Assembly: GCF_009914755.1 (NCBI RefSeq)
Contig: NC_060933.1
Length of the DNA stretch: 64,000 nt
From: the human T2T-CHM13v2.0 reference genome, Homo sapiens
Reading direction: 5' to 3' (one strand)
Both the position numbers and the translations under genes were made by a program. Of this stretch, positions 9,976 to 21,262 are shown one piece after another. Position 1 is the first letter of the stretch; each line of letters begins with the position of its first letter. The notes under the pieces are model-generated. The model ran no database searches. It was not told the origin of the DNA and worked only from the letters and a program-made list of their open reading frames with translations.

Positions 9976-12900
9976 TTGTATTGTTGATTTATTCATTCAA
10001 CAGATTTTTATTGAGCATCTACTAATGCTAGACATTATGCTAAAATACCAGAAATGCAACTATGAGTACAGGATGCAATGGGAACATACAGAAGAAGTGA
10101 AACACTGTAATTCAGTTTTGAAGACGTAGACAAGGCTCTAAGGTCCAGCTCTAGGGTCACTTTCTTTCTCAGGAACTCATGTAAGTCCTTCAGCAAAACT
10201 CCTAGGGGAATTAATATTCATTTTCTTCTCTTAGCACCTGTTTCCTTCTTCTTTCTTTTGTCTTATATTAAATTTCATGACCATATAGCCAATTAGATTG
10301 AGAACTTCTTACTAGGAGAGACCACATATTACTCATCTTTAGTTTCTTTATATTATGTTGCTCAATATGACTGCCACAGCATGGATGGAGCAACGAGTCA
10401 ATAAATCTCTCTGTTGGCTATTTTTGTCTCTTGATGACCAAGCCCTCCCTAAAACACATAAATTATTCATCTTAAATGTCTTTTTTATCTTTTAATATAT
10501 TTGTGCCTTGCTCTCATTTCCTTCAGGCTGTGAAACAGAGCCTGTTGATGTGAGCTAAATTTTGCTGTATTCTAGGCTAGGAGTAATTTGTAATTTGGGA
10601 TCTGCTGCCATCTACTCCTTATTTACCATGGCTTAGGATTAAATTGGATAATCTTCAGTCATATTTCTAATTATTTCAACTCTCTCTATTATTAATATGC
10701 TTATCAAGTTGTTGACCCTAAAATACTAGTCTTTCCAAAACTTGAAGTACAAGGTTTAAAAGTATATTAAAAATTTGAAAGATTTGAAACCTTGTCCTTG
10801 GCTTTTTGTTTATTTAAGTCAAATTAAAAATAGGCAAAGTAGAATTCAGGAAGCCTTTTTGAGACTGGGTGTCTTATGACACTTCATGTAATTGTTTAAA
10901 AAATGTTAAAAATCAAATTCAAATGTGAAAGACAATTAGTAATTATACATGGGCTAACTGGCATACTTCCAAGGAAATATCAAGTGAGGAAAGGGATGAT
11001 TTTTTTTAATGTTGTAGCTACTTTAATTGTAAAGATCCTTAATGAAAAAAATTTAAAGCATCAAGTACCTTCCAGATTTTGAGCCTTTGAACATAATTGT
11101 ACCCAAGTTTTAGCACATTCATGGTTGCCAAAGACTCCCTTGGAACAATCCTAATAAGGGCTGCTTTCCAGAGTCAGGAAAATCCACCCAGGCCCTAAAA
11201 TTAGTATAATAAACCCCACCTGTCATCTCTATTGCCTCTTTGGTTAGACTGCCCTGAGGAGCCCAAATCAAGAAGGAACAAAGTGTTTTTGATGTGGACT
11301 GACTGCTTGTGATCCAAGAGAACACTTAAGATTCTGAAAAATCTAGGGAGAATGGCAAGCAATGATCTGTGTGGTTAATAGAACAACAAGGCCAAGACAA
11401 ATTCAGAGACCCTGGGGATATTTTGAACCTCTCTACAAAGCTAATCGCAAATCAGTACCTTTGAAAGGGACCGTGGAGAAATTATCAGCTGAATCTCCTT
11501 ATTTTGTTTTATTTTATTTTATATGAAACATAAAATATGACCAGCATCAGGGCAGGATGTGACTTACCCGAAGTCTCTCAACTAGCAAGTGGCAAAGCCA
11601 GAAACACTCAAACCTGGGTCTTCTGGCTCCAAGTCCACTGCTCTTTAATCTGAATGAAGTGAGAATGCTTTTTATGTGTGTTTTTAAGAACCTTTAAACA
11701 AAAAATTTAAAGTACTTTATTTGGATTATTTATTCATTTTTGTTCGTCTCTTTTTATTTGGATTATTCATTTTTGTTTGTCCCTTTCACCATTACTAAGT
11801 GCACTTCAGTCCCTGTGCTAAATTTCCCTCCCTTGTGGCCAGATGATCACAGGAACATTCCATTTACTTAAAAGTAGTTGTATTATTTAAAAAAAAAATC
11901 AAGTGGGAAACTTCACCAACAATGCAACATTCCAAAAACATAATGCTCATCATTTCCACTCCTGTAGAAATGCCGAGTGCAAACCCACTGCACCTGCACA
12001 CCATAGTGATCTCAGGGTGGCCAAGAGCTGGTGGCTGACTAGTGCTGTGTGAGCATGGGTTTATAAATGCACTTGAGTACCAGTTTAGTTTCTTTGCCAT
12101 CAGCGTTACAAGTGATTTAAGTAACAGATATTTCAGAGAAAGGGACGGGGTGGGCTGGGGAGGAAAGCTTGAGAAGAAGCAGCCAAAGTCACACTCAAAT
12201 GAAAGAATATACCCAGTGTTTTGTTTTCCCAAGTTTTTGACTATACTTCATACTGTCCTCTCTGCCCCACAGGTTCTCATGGTGGGGGAGGATTTCTGTC
12301 TCCTCCCTACTCCTGAGGGTGACTGTCAACTTCTGAGGCAGAAATCTCAGTATTAGGGTTGATTGACAGAAAGATTTATTAATTTGTTGATGCACCCATC
12401 CATGCAATAGTCTTTTATTGAGCCACATGATATAATGTCCGTTCAGCAGTTTCCACTCTTGGCTTTTTTATTTGACACAAGTTAGGGATGAAAGGATTTG
12501 TTTTTTGAATAGGGTAACAAGGATTTGCTTTGCTTGGGTAAAAATACAATTTGGCTTGTTAAAGAGGCAAAGGCACACTTAGTGGTGAAGCAAGTCCAGC
12601 TCTCCTGGCACCTGTCTTTTCCTTTCTGAAGGTGTGCCTTGGGACAGGCATGGGCCTCAATTATTGAAGGGGTGGGTGCTTAGGAGGAGGTAGGATCATC
12701 TTGTCAGTTTAGAGGAGCACTGATTCTCCTCATGCATGGGTTTCTATTTTTTAATCTGGAGAAATATTTTTATGCTCACTTAAAACATGCTCTCTTAGGC
12801 AGTGGGTAGGAAGAATGGTTTTGTCAAGGCTATTTGGGTTTAGCCTCCCATTTTCCCAGTAGTAGTCTCCAAGTTTCTCCCTATAATTCAAAGTATCATT

Positions 12901-13144
12901 TTTTAGTTTTCTCCCTGAGTTTCGTGGCTCTAAAGCAGAAGTTGCAAACTAGCAATGCTCCAGCCAGATGCAGCCTATGGATAACTTCTGTTCTGCACCC
13001 ATCATGGGCTTCTGTAAAAATTTGAATTAGTTGCCAGTATTTGAATATAATTAAATTATATTTATATAATTTATTTATAACTGTAATATTTCCAGTAAAA
13101 ATCTGGATTCAAAACAGATTTTTAATCCTTTAAAAATCAGATCT

Positions 13145-13296
13145 GGCTGGGCGCGGTGGCTCACGCCTGTAATCCCAGCACTTTGGGAGGCCGAGGCGGG
13201 CAGATCAGAAGGTCAGGAAATCGAGATCATCCTGGCTAACATGGTGAAACCTCGTCTCTACTAAAAATACAAAAAAAAAAAAAAAAAAAAAAAAAA
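13145..13296 (+). mobile_element. AluY left arm only plus A26 tail, with degenerate TSD
   Basis: AluY-type 'atcgagatcatcctggctaaca'; the linker AAAAATAC runs directly into poly-A; flanks aaaaatcagatct / aaaattcggatct. Confidence 0.9.
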
Positions 13297-14959
13297 TTCG
13301 GATCTGCAGCATTTGGTCTGTACTCCAATACAGCAAACATCTGATAGAGCTGAAATGACACTGCTGCCTTGAGATGCTGCATACTCTTTGGGGCCTCTTT
13401 CACTCACTGCACAGCCTGGACCTGTAGCTATCTGCTTCTCTGATGCTTCCCCAAAGGCTATATAGGCTAGGTATTTCTAAGGGGAAGGAGAAAGAACTAT
13501 TGTTATCATGATGGTAATGATAAGAATAGAAAAACGATCCTCATATATTAAGCTCTAACCATGCCAGACACTCCCAAGTACTTAACATGCTATTTAAACC
13601 TCAGAGAACCCCATCTACTGCCCAAAAAGTCTAGTTTTCTTGCCCAAGGTCATGTAACTTGTGAGTGACTGAATTAGGATTTGAACTCAGATCTGTCTGA
13701 CCCTATAGCCTGTGCTTTTTATTTTACTGTACTGATTCATAGAATTATACTTCCCTCCTAGACAACCCTCCCTGAATTTTAAGCCCCTGAGAATCTATGA
13801 CTGGATACCAAGAATTGGGGTCCCTACTTGCCACTGGTTTTTGGGTTTCTATGAGAAACAGTAGAAAAGAGAAGTTCTGATTATCACTGGTGGGGCTCCT
13901 TCTGCTTTCATCTCATCTAGCTCAGGATCAGCTCTGGGTGCTAAGGCATACAGCCATTCTCCTGAGTAAAAGGAACTCTTTGGAAACTTTTTCTACTAAA
14001 TCAATTTGATGCCACATTAAAGGCTTTAAAAAGAACATTTGAGGTAAAGAGCAACTACTCAAATTTTTAAAATCTAAAGAAACAAAAATATAAACTCTTA
14101 GCCTGTACCTATGGTTGTTTCAAAAGAAAAAGAATAAATTTCTTATTCTTGGAACTATACATCTCATTTACGTTATTTTTCTTTCTTCCTGTTGATTCCA
14201 ACCCCCACATCATCTTTAAAGCCTACTGCTTTTCAAATCCAGAGTATTGTCAATTTCCTATTGGTTTCCTTCAGCATTATTCTCCTTCACTTGTGTTTCT
14301 TTTCTTTCTGATTTCTCAAAACCTTAAACTAACTCTCTCAGTTTTCTCTATCTCCTTTTGAAAACTCTGGGAATACATTTCCTAATAGAGTTTCCTTCTG
14401 TATACTCAGCTCCAGAATAGGACAATAAGTGCCCTTCCTGGTGAAATACATATACTCTATTTTAGGATTCTTTTGGTTACAAGCAATAGAAATTTAGTCT
14501 TCTCAACCTAAGATCAAAAGGATGAATCATTGAAAGGATAAAGATTAATGACAAGAACATCAACTATGTATTTAGCAAAATAAGTATTGGGCAACTAGAA
14601 CCAAACAGAAAGCTCAAAGGCCAGGCCTCAAGAAGCACAAGTGCCAGGGCAACTTTGAGGTCCTCAGCTACAGGTGTGCACAGATCTGGCAAAAAATAAC
14701 TTAGCTCTAATCATATTCTGACTCTTTCTGTCTCCAGCCAATTTTCAAATTCCCAGGGAAGAGAGTCTGGCCTAGTCTAAGTGTCTCTATTACTGAATTA
14801 ATTAGCCATGGCCAGGGGATGGAGTGACTAACACAGTCATGGCCAGTGAGGATTTCCTAGGGATGCTATAAGTGACCATGGGCATAGTGCCAGGTCTGTA
14901 ATTATTTTTGTATATTTATTTCTAAATTAGGGATTTGGTCTATATGAAAGGTGATTTTA

Positions 14960-15125
14960 TTAAATATGTGTAGCATATATCATACATCATAAATAATGTA
15001 TAGTATAATGTAGCACATATATACACATTTATATATTACATTATACATTATAATATACATTATATATAGATGTAATGTAGCATATCTATACATTTCCATA
15101 GATATTATATATATAGTGTATATTG
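14960..15125. repeat. AT-rich low-complexity/(TA)n-like tract
   Basis: Degenerate TA/TACAT repeats with recurrent 'atgtagcatat'. Confidence 0.7.
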
Positions 15126-16429
15126 AAGTACATAGCTTCTGATGTATAGTAAAATAATTTGACAGAAGGTTCTTAGAACTTTTAAAAATGACATTTTTAT
15201 TGGTTAGAGATTCAGTCTGAGAAATATCTCATATCTTTTCCTATAACAGGAAAGAATTTATTAAGGCAATAGTTTTGTAAATCTCATTAAAGTTTTACCA
15301 TCTTCGTGATTGTTAGCAATTGTAAGCAGGGCAATGCAGTACAGGCTTCTGCATAAGAAATGTCTTCCTAGTTAGTGAATGGATGTGATTTCACTACTGC
15401 CTACTGCCTATGAGAAGGTAGTCATATCTTGAGTCATTCTTCTGCTGCCTTTACAATGAATTGCATCTTTTATGCTTTGGTGGATGTATTTGTTAGGCTG
15501 GGAGTGCTCAGAAGTTGATAATGATAGACAAGCCATGGAAAACTTCTGTCTTGGTTCATACTAAAATCTTTTTGCACTAGGACAAAACGAAACTTCTGCT
15601 GCAAACATGAGCCTCCTCTCTTCTTTAGCCAAAAGTTCACCAGGGTTCAAACAATTTCTTAATGGATTCCAGCAAGATTTTGTGGGGCTATAAGAAATGT
15701 TTCTGGTTTGCAGCGTAGAGGAATGTGTCTTGCACAGTACCAGCACTGGAATCAGGACCCACCTGGATTCAAGCCCCAGACTGGGCTTCTAATCTGGTTC
15801 TGATTTTGGGGGGACTTGGCAGCCTGCCTTTATTGTTCCAGGGTATTGCTGCCATTCTTTAATTCAGAGCTCACATCTCACCTCCTCCATCAACCCTTCC
15901 CAGGTTGTTGAGAAATCAGCCCCATCTGTACCCCAAATCTAGTACAAGTTCCTTTTATTCTCCCTCTCAAACAAATCTGTCAGACACAGTCACTTCTCAG
16001 TTGTCCATACTGATAAAGGAATACATTTCTGTAGGTAATCTATGATATCTAGTCTATGGAGACTTTTTCTTCCCTGTAGAAAGGTATCTGACACATGAAG
16101 TTAAGTAGGTCGGACAATGAGAACTGGCAACACTGGAATGCCCACTGAAGGGACTGTGTGTTTGTGTGGGTGAGTTTTCTCTGAATTTTTGATACTTACT
16201 TTCTAAATACTCCCATTTTTCTTCCTTAGATCAATAGGCAACTTCTAAGAGGTAAAAAATGAGGTAAATATTTTTACGTAAAATGAGAGCTAAGTTTCTG
16301 ACTTTTGAAGAACATCAGAAAATAATATTTTAAAACACCAACTAACATCCACTTACTTTTGTTCTTCTTCAACCCCTATGGCTGGGTTTGTTGTTGTAAT
16401 CATTAATAGTAATGGTAGGTGTTCCATGA

Positions 16430-16612
16430 TTAAACTCTGAGAGCTTTCTATTCCTTTGTTGAATCCTTATAACAACAACTCTTGGAGGTATGATTGGTAC
16501 CATTTTACAGGTGAAGAAACCAAGGCCTAGAAAGATGAGGTGACTTGGAAAAAGTTATGCAGCTAATAAATAGCAGAACTTAGATTCAGATTTAGATCCA
16601 TCTGTCTCCAAA
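16430..16612 (-). mobile_element. MIR
   Basis: cattttacaggtgaagaaaccaaggcctagaaagatgaggtgacttgg. Confidence 0.75.
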
Positions 16613-16617
16613 GCTAT

Positions 16618-16717
16618 ATGCTATGCTATGCTATGCTATGCTATGCTATGCTATGCTATGCTATGCTATGCTATGCTATGCTATGCTATGCTATACTGTG
16701 CTATACTGTACTATGCA
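16618..16717. repeat. (ATGCT)15 pentanucleotide microsatellite plus degenerate units
   Basis: 15 perfect units at 16618-16692, then atact/gtgct/atact/gtact/atgca. Confidence 0.97.
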
Positions 16718-16967
16718 GTATTGTTGGGTCCATATATGTCTTGCTCAGTAGAAGAACAGTGAGTGCAAACACATGGAGTTTTGTCCACATCTTGTTAGAA
16801 AGAGGCCATAGGACCAGCTGGTATTTAGGGCAGAGGCATCATTCCATACCTCCTCAACAACCAACCCACATAGCAGATGTTTACTTTTATTTGTTTCTAT
16901 AATGACACAGCTCTATGTATTCCTTGTATTAGTTGCTTCTGTGTCTGTTGCTTTTCTGCCTCCTATT

Positions 16968-18152
16968 CTTTTTTTATTATAGTAAAATGTAACATAGATT
17001 TTACCATTTGAACCCTTTTAAGTATATACTTCAGGGACATTAAATACATTCACGTTGTTGTGCCATCTCCAGGACTTTTTCATCTTCCCAAACTGACACT
17101 CTATGCCTATTAACCAATAACTCCCTGTTAGAAATACCAAAATTGTTAGAAATAGATAATTGGTGCCACAAAGAAAAGACAGTACAGAGACAAAAGATCT
17201 CTCAGCAAGGCAATCTTTACTTTCTGCAGAAAGGGTGCTCAGTCGCAGATGGAACAATGGCGAGAGCACACCTGAACAAAGGAAAAGCAGGCATATTTAT
17301 CCCTATGCATTTGGGTTGTCCTTACTGCTGTGTCCTGCATCCATTGGCTGGAGCTGGACCTCATATTCTGAAACTGACACCCAATTTGCTAACAGCCTAA
17401 AACTTTCCTAAATAGGTAAGTGCAAGGAAGAACAAAGAATTTGCTTACAAAAGGTTTAAGGAGGCAATAACATTTCCAAATAAGGAAGGGGCATAGGCTG
17501 CAAGCTGGAACGTGCCTGTGAGCATGTCCAACAATTACATAGGGTAGGGCTTAACAAAGAGTTATTAGCACAAAGCAAGGAGGCTTGAGGAAAGTTAGTC
17601 TTTAAAAGAAACTATTATTTCTAACACTTATGGTTTACTCTTTAACAAGAAGGAAAACTTTGAAGAGGAAACTTTCACTTTCTATGCTCCCCATTTTCCC
17701 CTCTTCCTAACCCCCAGTAATCACCATCTATTTTCTTTCTCTATGAATTTGACTATTTGGGGTGCCTAGTATAATGAAATCATATAATATTTGTCCTTTT
17801 TTTGTCTGGTTTATTTTACTTAACCTAAGGTCTTCAAGGTTCTTCTATGTCATAGCAAGTCATAATTACATTCCTTTTTAGAGCTGAATAATATTTTGTT
17901 GTATGAATATATAACATTTTATCCATTTGGCATCTATGGACACTTGGGTTGTTTCCCCCTTTTGGCTATTGTGAATTATGCTGCTGTGAACATAGGCACA
18001 CAAGTGTATGTTCAAGTCCTTGTCTGCAATTCTTGTAGGTAGATAGGCGCAAAAGTAGCATTACAGAATCACGTGGTAATTGCATGTTTAATTTTTTTAG
18101 GAACAGCCATACTGTTTTCTGCAGGGCTGCACCATTTTACATTCCCACCAGT
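16968..18152 (-). mobile_element. L1MB-like 3' end, split by an LTR at 17126-17686
   Basis: L1MB-type 3' UTR (cattaaatacattcacgttgttgtg...ttttcatcttcccaaactga) resumes after the LTR and ends at 'ttttacattcccacca'. Confidence 0.75.
17126..17686 (-). mobile_element. Solo ERV1 LTR, LTR10B-like (HERV-I family), 561 bp
   Basis: Starts with TG on +; the other end is a degenerate 'ttctatg'; exact 5-bp TSD ctccc at 17121-17125 and 17687-17691; minus-strand start 'agaaagtgaaagtttcctcttcaaag' resembles the recalled LTR10B consensus. Confidence 0.7.
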
Positions 18153-20846
18153 TCTGCCTCCTACTCATGCCTACTCTTAGTTTATGAAGCCCTCTAGAGC
18201 ATAGCTGCTGCAACTTTTGAGTCTTTTACCCTTTAACAGCTAGGACAATACCATTCCCATAAAGAGTGTTGATTAAAAGACATGCTCACTGTAGTGGAGA
18301 TCATGATACTAAAATTACTTCAGCTTCTCCAGGAGATTTACAAATGTTCGGCCATGGAACTCCTCTCACTTGTATTCTTCCCTACCTTTTTTCCCTCTTC
18401 TGCTCCCAAGCTCAGAAAATAACCATGAAAATAGTGAGATGCCTCTCTGCAGGAAAAAAATAAAAGTGTAACTGTGCCTCTTTGCATACCAATGGGGTAT
18501 TTCAGAGAGTGGCAACCTGTTTATCTATGCAGTTGTTGATTTATGATCGCCAGTACATGTTTGGCAGGCTGAATCCACATCTGCAATTTAAATGACTGCT
18601 TACAAAATGAGCCTTTTTTCCCTAATATCCAATTAGGACCAAGCGCTGGCATTGTAGATGAAAAAGCGGTTATGTTGAAAACAGTTCTAATCCCAATTGC
18701 AAAAGAAGTTATCACTGGTGGAACTATCAGAAAAACACTTGCTTCAGGCATGCAATCTTGACAGTCTACACATTTTAAGGCAAGAGCATGTTTGTACTCA
18801 GCAATGGGTTCTGCACTCCACCTTGGGAAAGAAGAACAGAAAAGACAGCCTGCTTTTGGTGTAGGCCCAGAGACAGCATCAGGCCTCAGATGAGTTTCCC
18901 ACGTAACTCTTCCTATATCCCTCATTTTGTAACTGCATCACCCCGGTACTATAATCTTGAACACTTTTGGTGCTAAAGCTGCCAATTTTCCTGATTTTGT
19001 GTAATTTTTTGAGGTTCACAAATAGAAACAAGTGTACAAATATTCCATTCACATGCTTTCTAAATGTTTTTATTTTACCTTTGACTGAAAGGGGTCAAAG
19101 CTGAGTATAAAGGTGCTTTGATATTGGAACACACTCTCCTTGCGTCACGCTTGACCCAGGCTGGGTGGTGGAAGCAGAGGTAGGTGCTACTTGTGTGAAC
19201 TGTGTGTTCAAGTCAGCATGCTCTGGAATTGATAGTGTGTCATTCTGGGCTTTCTACCCCTTTCTGACACTGCGTGGTACAAACCAAAAGTTCACATTGG
19301 GGTCATGATTGCTGGCTTTTGGCAGGGCTTGGCGAGAAGGTCTCTGCAGGGTTAGGCCGCCCAGATGCGAGCTGTTTGGGCTGAGTTCAGTTTGTTTCCA
19401 TTTGCTCCCTCTCCCTCCTCCCCTCTCCTCAGTCATGCCAACTGCTACTGGAGATGTTTTTCCTCTGTTTAAGGTAATAACCGAGTCAATGCTGAAGCCA
19501 AGCTATAGGCAAGCATTGAAAATAAATTTTCAAGGGGGTTGTTTTCATATTATTAGGAAAAGCCTTGGAATCTTTTTGAAAGTTTTTGTTTCCTGAGAAA
19601 CTGCCCTTTGGGAATATCTTTGTTTTTTGAGTGCCTTTAGCTTGGTGCTGAGAAATAAACTTAGGAAATATGATTGAGATGTAGTGGGCTAGGTTTTTAA
19701 ACAAAATGCTCTAAACATTCCCTCAAAAACCATTTCTCTAAACAGAGCGCTCGCATGAGTAGCTGATTAGTACATGTGGTGCTGCCTGACCTCTTGAGGA
19801 TACACACTGTTTGCTTGAAAGTCCCCTGGTATATTAGGTGACCTAGTGTAATAGGAATGACATTTTTTAAAGAGACTAAATCCCAATTCTGTCATTTTCT
19901 AGATAGGTGATATAGGCAGTTGCTTTGGTTTTGTCACCTGTTCAGTTGCAGAGTTTGTTTTACAGGCTTCACGAACTCTGTAAAACACCTGACAGGACTT
20001 GATCCACACACCGTACTTCATAAACACCACAATTCCTTCCCCCCCAGTTTTCTTATTTATTGCCTCTTCTCGGCCTCAAGTTTGGTAAGTGAGAACCATC
20101 CGCTGCTGCAGTCTATAATTTCCTAATGTAATTTCCCACTCTTCAGAATAATTGTGGCTCACAGTATTTATTTTCTCCCTTCCTGCCAACTGAGATACAA
20201 CCTCCATTCACTTGCCCTAAGACAAAAGGTTTTGTGGCTTCCAGCTGTGAAGACCAGATCTCACTGAGACAAACAACTGCTGTTATCTTAGGGAAAAAGA
20301 CAAACCAGCCAACAATGAGCAATCCATGTAAGCCTTGCTCTTAACACACTCATTAAAAAGAATTTTGAAATTGAGGTTGGAAATCATCTGACAACTCAAT
20401 GCCTAAATGTTGTGGGGAGCATGTTCATAAAAATTCTTCTAGTAAGAAATGTGTTCATCTCCCCTTTGATATGTATCCCAGCCTGTGATTCACTGGAACA
20501 TGCCTGCACCTACAGAATATAGTTCAACTTTCGATTGTAAAATTTTAATGTTGAAAAACAGCCCGAAGTCTAGGTCAACACTCTGCCAAGAATTCACTTG
20601 AAACAACTGTTGAAAACCATAAAATTCGTGGTCAAATATGTTTTTCTATCGAATATGGCATTTGATAGACCCACTTTGTAGAATATGGGGACTTTTCAAT
20701 TTAGATTCACATAGATATATTGAAAAGAACGCATTGCATATTTTTTTTCAAATGACTCAAAATTTTTTTAATTGACGCTGTATTATGCAATACATTTGAA
20801 ACTATAATCTTTGGTGATGATTCCATGCAGCATTTTCATAATTTCT

Positions 20847-21262
20847 TTTATTATTATTATTATTATTATGCTTTAAGTTTTAGGGTACATGTGCACAACA
20901 TGCAGGTTTGTTACCTATGTATACACGTGCCATGTTGGTGTGCTGCACCCATTAACTCATCATTTAGCATTAGGTATATTTCCTAATGCTATCCCTCCCC
21001 CCTACCCCCACCCCACAACAGTCCCCAGAGTGCGATGTTCCCCTTCCTGTGTCCCTGTGTTCTCATTGTTCAGTTCCCACCTATGAGTGAGAACATGCGG
21101 TGTTCGGTTTTTTGTCATTGCGATAGTTTGCCGAGAATGTTGGTTTCCAGCTTCATCCATGTCCCTACAAAGGACATGAACTCATCATTTTTTATGACTA
21201 CATAGTATTCCATGGTGTATTTGTGCCACATTTTCTTAATCTAGTCTATCATTGTCGGACAT
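20847..21262 (-). mobile_element. 5'-truncated young L1PA (PA3-PA5-like) 3' end, ~415 bp
   Basis: (TTA)n tail, ttaagttttagggtacatgtgcac, G-rich 3' UTR tract, ORF2 C-terminal text; no TSD visible. Confidence 0.93.

Noticed and set aside
16618-16902. ORF with (MLCYA)n repeat
   Set aside because: Translation of the ATGCT microsatellite; no evidence of coding
18521-18925. 134-aa minus-strand ORF in unique sequence
   Set aside because: No recognisable domain, splice context or codon pattern; this length is plausible by chance in 64 kb x 6 frames
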